DNA of 64,000 nt, taken from positions 1 to 64,000 of the forward strand of contig CBDDFZ010000002.1 in NCBI GenBank assembly GCA_965227515.1, read 5' to 3'. Below are positions 10,313 to 18,670 of the stretch, in pieces (within the stretch, counting starts at the first letter, position 1; every line of letters starts with the position of its first letter). This DNA is from Alphaproteobacteria bacterium (GTDB taxonomy: Bacteria > Pseudomonadota > Alphaproteobacteria > CALKHQ01). Position numbers and translations under genes: made by a program. Under the pieces are notes generated by a model. It saw only the letters and a program-made list of their open reading frames with translations, ran no database searches and was not told where the DNA came from.

Positions 10313-11350
10313 ATGGCCAAGCTGGCCGGCAAGGCGGTCGAGAAGGAGCTGGCGGGCCCAGACCCCACGTTCGCCGCCTACCTGCTGTTCGGTCCCGATG
10401 CCGGGCTGATCCAGGAACGCGCCATCCATCTGGCCGGCATGGTGGTCGATGACCTCGCCGATCCGTTCCGCGTTACCAGGCTCAGCGGTGCCGAACTGGC
10501 CAAGGACCCGGTGCGGCTGGCCGACGAGCGCGCCGCCGGGTCGCTGATCGGCGGGCGGCGGGTCGTGTGGCTGGACAGCGCTGGCGACCGCAATACCGCC
10601 GCGGTGTCGGCGGCGCTTGACGACGACGCGCCGGAGGCGGCGCTGCTGATCGTCACCGCCGACGAGCTTCAGGCCCGCAGCAGCCTGCGCAAGGCGTTCG
10701 AGGGGCACAAGGCCGCGGCCGCCATCGGCTGCTATGCCGATGGGCCGGAGCAACTGGAGGCGCTGATCACCGCGACACTCGGCGGTGCGGGCGTGGCGAT
10801 CGAGCCCGATGCGAAGGCGCACCTGGTCACCATGTTGGGCGCTGACCGCATGGCGACCCGCCGCGAACTCGCCAAGCTGATCGACTATGCCGGGCCGAAT
10901 GCCGGCACGCTGACCGCCGCCGACGTGCTGGCCGCGATGACCGATGGCAACACCCAGTCGCTGGACGCTCTGGCCTATGCCGTGCTCGGCGGCAACATGG
11001 CGGAGATGGGACGGCTGTTCGACCGGCTGATGGAGCAGGACGTGGCGACCGTCGCCATTCTGCGCGCCTGCGGGCGGGTCTTCGAACGCGGGCTGACCGC
11101 GCATCTGCTGGCTGCTAACGGGATGTCGCTGTCCGACGCGCTGGGCAAGCTGAGGCCGCCGGTGTTCTTCAAGGATCGCCCGGTGTTCCTGCGCGCGCTG
11201 GGCGGCCGCTCGGTCAAGGGCCTGATGGCGGCCATCGCCCGGCTTCAGGAGGCCGAGGCGCAAGTGAAGTCGACCGGTCTGCCCGACGCTGCCGTGTGCG
11301 AGCACGCGTTGCTCGCCATCGCCGCTGCCGGCGGACGGCGGGGGAGCTGA
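10313..11350 (+). CDS. holA: DNA polymerase III delta subunit
   Basis: YLLFGPDAGL, DPFRV, SLIGGRRVV, SSLRKAFE, LGADRMATRRELAKL, LRPPVFFK; synteny after lptE. Confidence 0.93.
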   Translation: MAKLAGKAVEKELAGPDPTFAAYLLFGPDAGLIQERAIHLAGMVVDDLADPFRVTRLSGAELAKDPVRLADERAAGSLIGGRRVVWLDSAGDRNTAAVSAALDDDAPEAALLIVTADELQARSSLRKAFEGHKAAAAIGCYADGPEQLEALITATLGGAGVAIEPDAKAHLVTMLGADRMATRRELAKLIDYAGPNAGTLTAADVLAAMTDGNTQSLDALAYAVLGGNMAEMGRLFDRLMEQDVATVAILRACGRVFERGLTAHLLAANGMSLSDALGKLRPPVFFKDRPVFLRALGGRSVKGLMAAIARLQEAEAQVKSTGLPDAAVCEHALLAIAAAGGRRGS

Positions 11351-11371
11351 CACTCCCGGTTAGCCTTACCT

Positions 11372-11542
11372 TGTCGCCCTCGCCCTTGTGGCGAGGGCCC
11401 ATCGTGGGGTCAGTTCGAAATCACAGCTTTTGGATTCGTGAGCTGCAGCAGCGCTTTGCGACCCGCACGAGAACTCGCGACCTTTTGGCAGCGGTGCGTC
11501 CATGCCTGTGAATGGGTCCTCGCCACAAGGGCGAGGACGACG
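11372..11542. repeat. REP doublet (family A, copy 1)
   Basis: TGTCGCCCTCGCCCTTGTGGCGAGGGCCCAT, ~110-nt linker, then the inverted ATGGGTCCTCGCCACAAGGGCGAGGACGACG. Confidence 0.85.
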
Positions 11543-11568
11543 AATGAAAGTGTTGCAGTCGTTGGCTG

Positions 11569-12456
11569 CTAAAACACCCGGCCGCGGAACAGGCCGGCGG
11601 GGCGGGCGACCAGCATTACCACCATGATCGCGAACGCAATGGCGGTCTTGTAGCTGGGCGGCAACAGCGGCTCGGTGCCGAACAGCGGATAGGTCGACAG
11701 TTCCTCGGCCATGCCGATGATCAGGCCGCCGGCAATCGCGCCGTAGGGCCGCCCGATGCCGCCCAGGATGGCGGCGGCGAAGATCGGCAGCAGCAGGTCC
11801 CAGCCCAAATTCGGGTGCAGCTCGGTGTCCATCGCCATGAACACGCCGCCGGCCGCCGCCAGCCCGGCGCCGATCACCCAGGTCCACACGATCACCTGGC
11901 GGGTGTTGATGCCGCTGATGCGCGCCAGGTCGGCATCGTCGCTCATCGCGCGCATGGCCTTGCCGATGCGGGTGCGGGTCAGGAACAGGTGCAGCGCCAC
12001 CACCAGCGCCACCGCGCCGCCGACGATGTAGAGGTAGCGCTCCTGGATCAGCAACGGTTGCAGGTCCTGCAGCGGGCGCTGGATGCCGCGCTGGTAGCTG
12101 ACCTTCTCCACCCCCCAGAAAAGCTGGATCAGCGAGCGCACCATCAGCGCGACACCGAACGAGGCGATGACAATGACGATGGTGGGGCTTTTGCGGAACG
12201 GCCGATAGAAGGCGAGGTCGATGCCGACCGCGGCGGCCGCCGTCAGGACCATCGCCACCGGCACCGCCGCGATGGCGGGCAGGCCGGTCAGCGCGATCAT
12301 GGTGAGGCCGAAATAGGCACCCAGCGTCATCAGGTCGCCGTGGGCGAAGTGGGCGAAGCGCAGGATGCCGAACAGCATCGACACCCCGATGGCCCCCAGG
12401 GCGTAGACGCAGCCGAGGACCAGGCCGGGGATCAGGTAGAAGTTGATGAATTCCAT
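11569..12456 (-). CDS. livH: Branched-chain amino acid (Liv-type) ABC transporter permease, LivH-like
   Basis: GCVYALGAIG, FAHFAHGD, TRIGKAMRA, FAAAILGGIG. Confidence 0.88.
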   Translation of the reverse strand: MEFINFYLIPGLVLGCVYALGAIGVSMLFGILRFAHFAHGDLMTLGAYFGLTMIALTGLPAIAAVPVAMVLTAAAAVGIDLAFYRPFRKSPTIVIVIASFGVALMVRSLIQLFWGVEKVSYQRGIQRPLQDLQPLLIQERYLYIVGGAVALVVALHLFLTRTRIGKAMRAMSDDADLARISGINTRQVIVWTWVIGAGLAAAGGVFMAMDTELHPNLGWDLLLPIFAAAILGGIGRPYGAIAGGLIIGMAEELSTYPLFGTEPLLPPSYKTAIAFAIMVVMLVARPAGLFRGRVF

Positions 12457-12484
12457 GGTGGAGGTTCAGCCACACATACTGAAT

Positions 12485-12724
12485 TGTCGTCCTTGCCCGA
12501 AGCCCACGGGTCCGGCCTGTGGCCGGCCCGAGGACAGGCTCCGCTGAGTGGCGAGGACCCATTTGTGTCCGAGACTGCAACAACGATGGACAGTCTTTAC
12601 CGGCCGATGGAAGGGAAATGTCGCCTCAACCGGATGTGCCGAGCTTGCCCCTCCCATGGATCCTCGACCCTTCGCCCGCTGCTTGCCGTTGGGCAAGCCA
12701 GGCGGGCTTCGGTCAAGGATGACA
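12485..12724. repeat. REP doublet (family A, copy 2) with extra hairpins in both loops
   Basis: TGTCGTCCTTGCC-[insert]-GGCGAGGACCCAT ... ATGGATCCTCGACC-[insert]-GGTCAAGGATGACA. Confidence 0.75.
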
Positions 12725-12750
12725 GTGTAGATTGGTGGCCGCATTCCTAC

Positions 12751-13494
12751 TCACCCGCCCAGGAACGCTTCGGCGACTTCGGGCTGGGCCAGCAGCTCGG
12801 CGCCGGTGCCGGTGTGGCGGTTGCGCCCGGTGGCCAGCACATAGCCGCGATGGGCGATGGCGAGCGCCTGGCGCGCGTTCTGCTCCACCATCATCACCGC
12901 GACGCCGGCATCGTTGATCGCCTGCACCCGCTCGAATACCTCGTCCATCACCCTTGGGCTGAGCCCGGCGGTCGGCTCGTCCAGCAGCAGCAGGCGCGGC
13001 TCCACCATCAGCGCGCGGCCGATGGCGACCATCTGGCGCTGCCCGCCTGACAGTTCCCCGGCGGGCTGGCGGCGCTTGTCGGCCAGGATCGGGAACAGGC
13101 CGTAGACCTGGGACAGCGTGCCGGCGATGGGGTCGCGGCGCACGAACGCCCCCATCTCCAGATTCTCTTCGACGCTGAGGTTGGGGAACACATTGCGCGA
13201 CTGCGGCACATAGGCCATGCCCTGGCGCACCAGCGCCTCTGGCGCGGCGCCGGTAACGTCGCGGCCCAGGAAGCCGACATGGCCGGCGCGCAGGCTCACC
13301 ATGCCGAACACCGCCTTCATCACCGTCGACTTGCCGGCGCCATTAGGGCCGATCACCACGGTGATCTCACCGGGCATCACCGCGATGTCGACGCCGTGCA
13401 GGATGTCCATGCCGCCATAGCCGCCGACCAGTCCGGTCGCATCCAGCACGGCCTCGCCGGCATCGGGATGTGCGGTTGTGGCGGGGGCGCTCAT
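12751..13494 (-). CDS. livF: Liv-type ABC ATP-binding protein, LivF-like
   Basis: GPNGAGKST, LSVEENLEMG, LSGGQRQMVAIGRAL, LLLLDEPTAGL. Confidence 0.88.
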   Translation of the reverse strand: MSAPATTAHPDAGEAVLDATGLVGGYGGMDILHGVDIAVMPGEITVVIGPNGAGKSTVMKAVFGMVSLRAGHVGFLGRDVTGAAPEALVRQGMAYVPQSRNVFPNLSVEENLEMGAFVRRDPIAGTLSQVYGLFPILADKRRQPAGELSGGQRQMVAIGRALMVEPRLLLLDEPTAGLSPRVMDEVFERVQAINDAGVAVMMVEQNARQALAIAHRGYVLATGRNRHTGTGAELLAQPEVAEAFLGG

Positions 13495-13500
13495 CAGTGT

Positions 13501-14388
13501 TCAGGCCGGGGCCGGGCGCGCGGCGCCGGCAGGGGCGTGGCCTGCCGCGCGCGATCCCGACCCGGCCGGCGTCTCCCTGGCGGCGGCGCTGCCCAGATAG
13601 GCCTCGATCACCCGCGGATCGGCGCGCACCTCATCCATGGTGCCTTCGGTCAGCACGGTGCCCTCGGCCATCACCACCACCGGGTCGCAGAGCCGCGCGA
13701 TCAGGTCCATGTCGTGCTCGATGACGCAGAAGGTGTAGCCGTCTTCCCGGTTCAGGCGTTCGATGGCGCCGGCCAGCGTGCTCATCAGCGTCGGGTTGAC
13801 CCCGGCGCCGATCTCGTCCAGCAGCACGACCTTGGCGTCGCTCATCATCGTGCGGCCCAGTTCCAGCAGCTTCTTCTGCCCGCCGGAGAGGTTGCCGGCC
13901 TCTTCCGCCGCCAGGTGGTCGAGCTTCAGGAACGCCAGCACCTGCTCGGCGCGGGCGCGAATGCGGGCCTCCTCCGCCTTGATCTTCCCCCAGTGCAGGA
14001 ACGCCGACCACAGGTGCTCGCCGGTCTGGTCGCCCGGCACCAGCATCAAGTTCTCCAGCACCGACAGGTGGGCGAACTCGTGCGCGATCTGGAACGTGCG
14101 GACCAGGCCCAGGCGGAACAGCCGGTGCGGCGGCTGGCCGGTGACGTCCTTCCCGAACAGGCGCACGCGGCCCGCCTCTGGCGTGTAGAGGCCGGCAACG
14201 ACGTTGAACAGGGTGGACTTGCCGGCACCGTTCGGGCCGATCAGCCCGGTCACCGAGCCGGCCGGCACCTCGAACGAGCAGTCGCGCACCGCCTGGATGC
14301 CGCCGAAGGACTTCGACACCCGCTCGATTGCAATGGCGGGCGTGGCGGCGGACGCGGTGGCCGGTGCCGGTGAGGCGGCGGACGACAT
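13501..14388 (-). CDS. livG: Liv-type ABC ATP-binding protein, LivG-like
   Basis: KSFGGIQAV, GPNGAGKST, GLVRTFQ, LSGGQKKLLEL, IEHDM, DPRVIEAYLG. Confidence 0.88.
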   Translation of the reverse strand: MSSAASPAPATASAATPAIAIERVSKSFGGIQAVRDCSFEVPAGSVTGLIGPNGAGKSTLFNVVAGLYTPEAGRVRLFGKDVTGQPPHRLFRLGLVRTFQIAHEFAHLSVLENLMLVPGDQTGEHLWSAFLHWGKIKAEEARIRARAEQVLAFLKLDHLAAEEAGNLSGGQKKLLELGRTMMSDAKVVLLDEIGAGVNPTLMSTLAGAIERLNREDGYTFCVIEHDMDLIARLCDPVVVMAEGTVLTEGTMDEVRADPRVIEAYLGSAAARETPAGSGSRAAGHAPAGAARPAPA

Positions 14389-14418
14389 GGAACGCCGGTC
14401 TTCGAACGACCGGAACGG

Positions 14419-14946
14419 TCAGTGCGCCAGCAGCTTCTGGTTGGAGACGAAGAAGGTGCCGGTGAACTCGACCTCGATGTTGTAGACCTCGAAGCTGCCG
14501 CGCCGCATGACGCACGTGGTGATCGGCAGTTCGGCGCCGTCCATGTTGATCAGCACGTCGCCGACGCTGGTCTCGACCGCGCGGAACCAGCCCTCCGTGG
14601 TCAGGAACGGGTGGTCGCGGGTCAGCAGCAGCTTCTCGCCGCCGACGCCCATTTCGTAGACCCAGGATTCGGTCCGCGAGGTGACGTGGCTAATGCGGTT
14701 CTGCTCGATGCCCTGGGTCGAGATATTGTAGGACATCACGATGTCGCCGACCTGCAGGTCTGCGATGCGGCGCATGCCATTGGGCGTCAGCACCAGGGTG
14801 TCGGCCACGAACGAGTTCGGGGCGTCGTCCGCACCGGCCGGAAACGCCGGCACATTGGCCAGTTCGGCCCGCGCGGACAGCGCGCCGCCGGCCAGAATCA
14901 TCACACACACACTGAGAGCCGCTGTCAGTCGGGCTACGATCATCAT
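14419..14946 (-). CDS. Secreted stand-alone Hint (intein-like) domain protein
   Basis: Signal peptide ending ARA; block A SFVADTLVLTPNG..IADLQVGDIV; block B TRDHPF; block F VYNIEV; ends LLAH-stop. Confidence 0.85.
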   Translation of the reverse strand: MMIVARLTAALSVCVMILAGGALSARAELANVPAFPAGADDAPNSFVADTLVLTPNGMRRIADLQVGDIVMSYNISTQGIEQNRISHVTSRTESWVYEMGVGGEKLLLTRDHPFLTTEGWFRAVETSVGDVLINMDGAELPITTCVMRRGSFEVYNIEVEFTGTFFVSNQKLLAH

Positions 14947-15047
14947 TCCCCCGGTGTCCTTCGCTGTCGTGGCAACCGCGCCATCCTAGCGAATATCCGG
15001 CACGGCGGCACGTATTGACTGGATCCGAGCGACCCTAATGCGCCGGA

Positions 15048-15719
15048 TTAGTGCGCCGGCCCGCTGTCGTCGTTGCCGGCGCTGCCCTGCACCAGCGCCA
15101 TGTCGATCAGCGTCACCATCATCTCCAGCCGCGCCCGCAGGTCGGGCGCCTCCAGCAGCGCCTGCTTTTCCGCCGGCTCGAACGGGCAGACCATGGTCAG
15201 CGTCGAGACGATCTGGTTCAGCGGGGTCTGCGCGATGGCGTCGAAGTCGGCCTTGATCGAATGCAGGTCGAAAAACGCCGGCAGCCGGTCGGTCAGCGGG
15301 GTGCCGTCCGTGGACTCGACGGGCTCGACGTCCAGGTCGCCGACATAGTCCGACCAGTCGGCGGTGACCCGGCGATAGCCGCGCACCGTCGCCAATTCCT
15401 CGCGCACCCGGAACCGGGCGACCCCGGTCAGGGTGATCAGGATCCGGCCGTCGTCGGTCTCGGCGAACTGGGTGATCCGGCCGGCCCCGCCGATGTCGTA
15501 GACCGCCGGCGCCTGCCCGCCCTCGTCCTCGTCGCGCGGCTGGATCATGCCGATCATCCGGTCCGCCTTCAGGGCGTCGATCACCATGTTCAGGTAGCGC
15601 GGCTCGAAGATATTCAGCGGCAGTTCGGCATGGGGCAGCACCAGCGCCCCGGTCAGGGGAAAGATCGGCAGCGTTGCCGGCAGTTGTTCCGCGCTCGGAT
15701 GGAAGGCGGACCGCGCCAT
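15048..15719 (-). CDS. Lon peptidase N-terminal (substrate-binding) domain protein
   Basis: LPIFPLTGALVLP..LPLNIFEPRYLNMV, GRITQFAETDDGR, EKQALLEA. Confidence 0.92.
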   Translation of the reverse strand: MARSAFHPSAEQLPATLPIFPLTGALVLPHAELPLNIFEPRYLNMVIDALKADRMIGMIQPRDEDEGGQAPAVYDIGGAGRITQFAETDDGRILITLTGVARFRVREELATVRGYRRVTADWSDYVGDLDVEPVESTDGTPLTDRLPAFFDLHSIKADFDAIAQTPLNQIVSTLTMVCPFEPAEKQALLEAPDLRARLEMMVTLIDMALVQGSAGNDDSGPAH

Positions 15720-15767
15720 CAGCGCCGCGACCTGCTGGGGGGAGCCGGCAATGTCACGCGGCCTGCC

Positions 15768-16703
15768 TCATGAGAACAGCATCGACGACAGCTTGCGCCG
15801 CCCCTGCAACGTGACCGGGTGGGTGTGGCCCAGCGCCTCGAAGAACTTCAGCAACTGGGTGCGAGCGGCCTCGTCGTTCCAGGCGCGGTCGCGGCGGAAC
15901 AGCTCCAGCAAATTGTCGATGGCGGCCTCGGTCTGGCCCAGGGCGTACTGCGCCTTGGCGAGGTCGAGGCGGGCCTGGTGGGCGTTGCCGTCGGCCTCCA
16001 CCGCGGCCTGCAACTCCGGCAGGCGCGCGACCGCGTCGGCGTTTTCCGCCGCCAGCTCCAGGGCCGTCCGCGCGCCTTGCAACTCGGGCGCCTCGCGCAT
16101 CTCTTCCGGGAAGGCGTCGAACTGCTGCTGCGCGCCGGCGATGTCGCCGGCGGTCAGGATGGCGCGGATCAGGCCGTCGGCCGCCGGCAACCGCCCGTTG
16201 TCGGCCTGCAGCACCTGGCTGTAGATGCCGGCCGCCGTGCGTCCGTCGCCGCTGTCCAGCGCGGCCTTGGCCTGGGTCATCGCGTCCTCGATGGCCTGTG
16301 CCTGCGCCGCCGCCGAGCCGCCGGCCGCTGTCATCACCTTGTCGATGAACGCCTTGATCTGGCTCTCCGGCTGGGCGCCGACAAAACCGTCCAGCGGCCG
16401 GCCGTTGGCGAAGGCAAACACCGCCGGGATCGACTGGATGCGCATCTGCTGGGCAATCTGCGGGTGTTCGTCGATGTTCAGCTTGACCATCTTCACCGCA
16501 CCGCGGGTGGCGCGCACCGCCGCCTCCAGCGCCGGGCCCAGGGTCTTGCACGGCCCGCACCAGGGCGCCCAGAAGTCCACGACCACCGGCGTTTCCATCG
16601 ACGCCTCGATGACGTCGGCCATGAAATTCTCGGTCGTGGTGTCCTTGACGACATCCGCTGCCGCGCCGCCGGGGCCGCCAGCCATGCCAAGCATTGGTTC
16701 CAT
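15768..16703 (-). CDS. cnoX: Thioredoxin-TPR chaperedoxin (CnoX/YbbN)
   Basis: VVDFWAPWCGPCK followed by TPR helices and C-terminal GRRKLSSMLFS. Confidence 0.9.
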   Translation of the reverse strand: MEPMLGMAGGPGGAAADVVKDTTTENFMADVIEASMETPVVVDFWAPWCGPCKTLGPALEAAVRATRGAVKMVKLNIDEHPQIAQQMRIQSIPAVFAFANGRPLDGFVGAQPESQIKAFIDKVMTAAGGSAAAQAQAIEDAMTQAKAALDSGDGRTAAGIYSQVLQADNGRLPAADGLIRAILTAGDIAGAQQQFDAFPEEMREAPELQGARTALELAAENADAVARLPELQAAVEADGNAHQARLDLAKAQYALGQTEAAIDNLLELFRRDRAWNDEAARTQLLKFFEALGHTHPVTLQGRRKLSSMLFS

Positions 16704-16832
16704 GTGATCGTTCACCCGTTCGGCGGGCGTGCACCGCAATGGGGCCCGCGCGCGTGATGTGCGTTGTGTGCGTGGTTGAGGTAACTCAGTTGGCCACGCC
16801 AGTCCAGCATGGCAACCCCTGTGCGCCAGACT

Positions 16833-17408
16833 CTAGGCTAGGTCTACCAGCAGCGGCGCGTAGCCGCACGCCTCGACGAACCGCACCAGGTCGTCGGGCC
16901 GGATCGCCGTGGTCGCGTCGTTGCTGAGCGGGTGATAGTTCAGCACCTCGTGGTCCAGCATGCCGCGGTCCAGCGCCACGGTCAGTGCCGCGCCGGCGTC
17001 GTCGTCGCTCTCGTCGCGCTGGGCATTGATCAGCCCGAACGGCGTCACCGCGCCCGGCCGCACGCCGAGCGTCGCCCACAGCCGGTCGGCACTGGCGAAA
17101 GACAGGTTCTTCGCGCCCAGCGGTTCGCGCAGCGCCTTCAGGTCGATCGCCCGGTCCTCCAGCGCCACCAGCAGGTACATCGCGCCCTTCTTGTCGCGCA
17201 GGAACAGGGACTTGCAGTGCCCGCCCTTCAGGTCGCCGCGCAGCGCCTGGCTCTCGGCGACCGTGAACACGGGCGGGTGCTGCACCGTGGTGGTCTCGAT
17301 GCCCAGTTCCTCGAACTTGGCGAACAGGCGCGCCTGGGCGGCCTTCATTTGCGCCGGGTCGTCCCCGGGCATGGGGTCCGGCGCCGGGTTCTGGACAGCG
17401 TCGCTCAT
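16833..17408 (-). CDS. YbaK/ProXp-ala (PrdX) aminoacyl-tRNA deacylase
   Basis: HPPVFTVAES, GGHCKSLFLRDKK, LSFAS, GAVTPFGL, NYHPLSNDATT. Confidence 0.9.
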   Translation of the reverse strand: MSDAVQNPAPDPMPGDDPAQMKAAQARLFAKFEELGIETTTVQHPPVFTVAESQALRGDLKGGHCKSLFLRDKKGAMYLLVALEDRAIDLKALREPLGAKNLSFASADRLWATLGVRPGAVTPFGLINAQRDESDDDAGAALTVALDRGMLDHEVLNYHPLSNDATTAIRPDDLVRFVEACGYAPLLVDLA

Positions 17409-17447
17409 GGAAAGGGTGATACGATCAAATAACCGTGCCGGCCAAGC

Positions 17448-17476
17448 TTGCAATCGTGCGAGGGGGCGGCTATATG
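17448..17476 (+). promoter_or_regulatory. Sigma70-type promoter for tRNA-Gly
   Basis: TTGCAA-N17-TATATG ending 15 nt before the tRNA. Confidence 0.6.
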
Positions 17477-17491
17477 CAGCCTCTCGTGGAC

Positions 17492-17566
17492 GCGGGAGTA
17501 GCTCAGGGGTAGAGCATCACGTTGCCAACGTGAGGGTCGCGAGTTCAAATCTCGTCTCCCGCTCCA
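17492..17566 (+). tRNA. tRNA-Gly(GCC)
   Basis: Acceptor GCGGGAG/CTCCCGC plus TCCA; anticodon arm TCACG-TTGCCAA-CGTGA; T-loop GTTCAAATC; 75 nt. Confidence 0.97.
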
Positions 17567-18085
17567 ACGAACCCAATCCCGAAAAATTGGAAAGTACGCG
17601 CACCGCCCTTTGGCGGTGACGTTGCCGCGGCCGCATTGGCGTTTTGCCGTGGCATCGCGCCTGCAACCTTCGTGGCTGGCGGCTGTTCAGTCTGTCGAGC
17701 GCCGCGTGCCCGCCGCTCACCCGGTGAGTCGCGGATCGCGTTTGCGGCGGAGTAGAGTGGGCCAATGCAGGGGAGGCAATTGGATGCGCAAGGGATGCAA
17801 AAGGGTCAAGGACAGTCCAAAAAATTGAACTTTCTCGCGCGATTGTAATCATGTCGTAGTGCTTGTGCAGAGTCACGGTTTTCGAACCGCTGAACTTTGC
17901 GGCTTGCCGTTGATTGACAGAAGATTTTTCGGCGCATAGACAAAGATCAAGTGTGTTGCGCCCCGACTGCCAAAACTCAAGAATTTCTATTTTCGATTCA
18001 GGCTCTCGCCCAGAGAAGGCCGAGCCTTGTTGGCGGGCGTATCAGGGCATGTCGTACGACTTGAAGAGTCGCGAAAGGGGATGTG

Positions 18086-18445
18086 ATGCCGAAAGAGCTG
18101 CGCAGGATAATCTTGAGCGATGCCGAAATGAAATTGGCCGTTCGATCATTTTTGCGTTCACAGGCAAGTTCCAACAGCGACTACGCGATCCAGGCCGTCA
18201 ACGTTGCCGAGGATGCGGGCCCGGTGCTTGAATGCATCGGTAAGTCGGCCACGACAGACACCACCACGACCATCCGGCTGGACAAGGAGAACTTGCAGAA
18301 GATCCTGGTCCGGTTCTGCCTGGAGAATAACATCGCCATCCCCAGGGCGGGGCGGAAGACCGTCGTGGTGAACGGCGGCAGCATCGCGCTGCAGATCGCC
18401 CTGGACGCGGGGGACTATGCCGACGATACGGTGGTCGACGTCTAG
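18086..18445 (+). CDS. Small hypothetical protein
   Basis: AAAGGGG RBS; coding-like codon use; MPKELRRIIL...FCLENNIAIPRAGRK. Confidence 0.75.
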   Translation: MPKELRRIILSDAEMKLAVRSFLRSQASSNSDYAIQAVNVAEDAGPVLECIGKSATTDTTTTIRLDKENLQKILVRFCLENNIAIPRAGRKTVVVNGGSIALQIALDAGDYADDTVVDV

Positions 18446-18515
18446 CAGGCTGTTGAAAAACTCCGAAGAGGCTGCGGCGCTCCGGCCGCCGCATCTCGCA
18501 CAAAGCCGACCGTGT

Positions 18516-18531
18516 TGTGATGTACGTCACT
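18516..18531. promoter_or_regulatory. CRP/FNR-family box TGTGA-N6-TCACT upstream of the MBL hydrolase
   Basis: One mismatch to TGTGA-N6-TCACA. Confidence 0.5.
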
Positions 18532-18670
18532 TCCTCTTTAGTATTGTTGCTTTAAGTTGCAGGGCTGAGGTTGGGGGAATGTGCATGCGTGCCGAAAGGC
18601 GCGCCGGGGGTTCCCCCGAAACTTCGACCACAACGGCCGCCGTCCCATCCGGGCGGTACAGCGAGAGGTA

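Noticed and set aside
11372-12724. REP arms with unique linkers as a CRISPR array
   Set aside because: Arms are inverted pairs rather than direct repeats, linkers are about 100 nt, copies are dispersed, and no cas genes are present.
14389-14421. Hint TGA is in frame with livG and followed by a CCGGTC...GACCGG hairpin (selenocysteine or readthrough fusion?)
   Set aside because: In-frame placement has a 1-in-3 chance, the hairpin is not clearly a SECIS, and fusing a cytoplasmic ATPase to an exported protein makes little sense.
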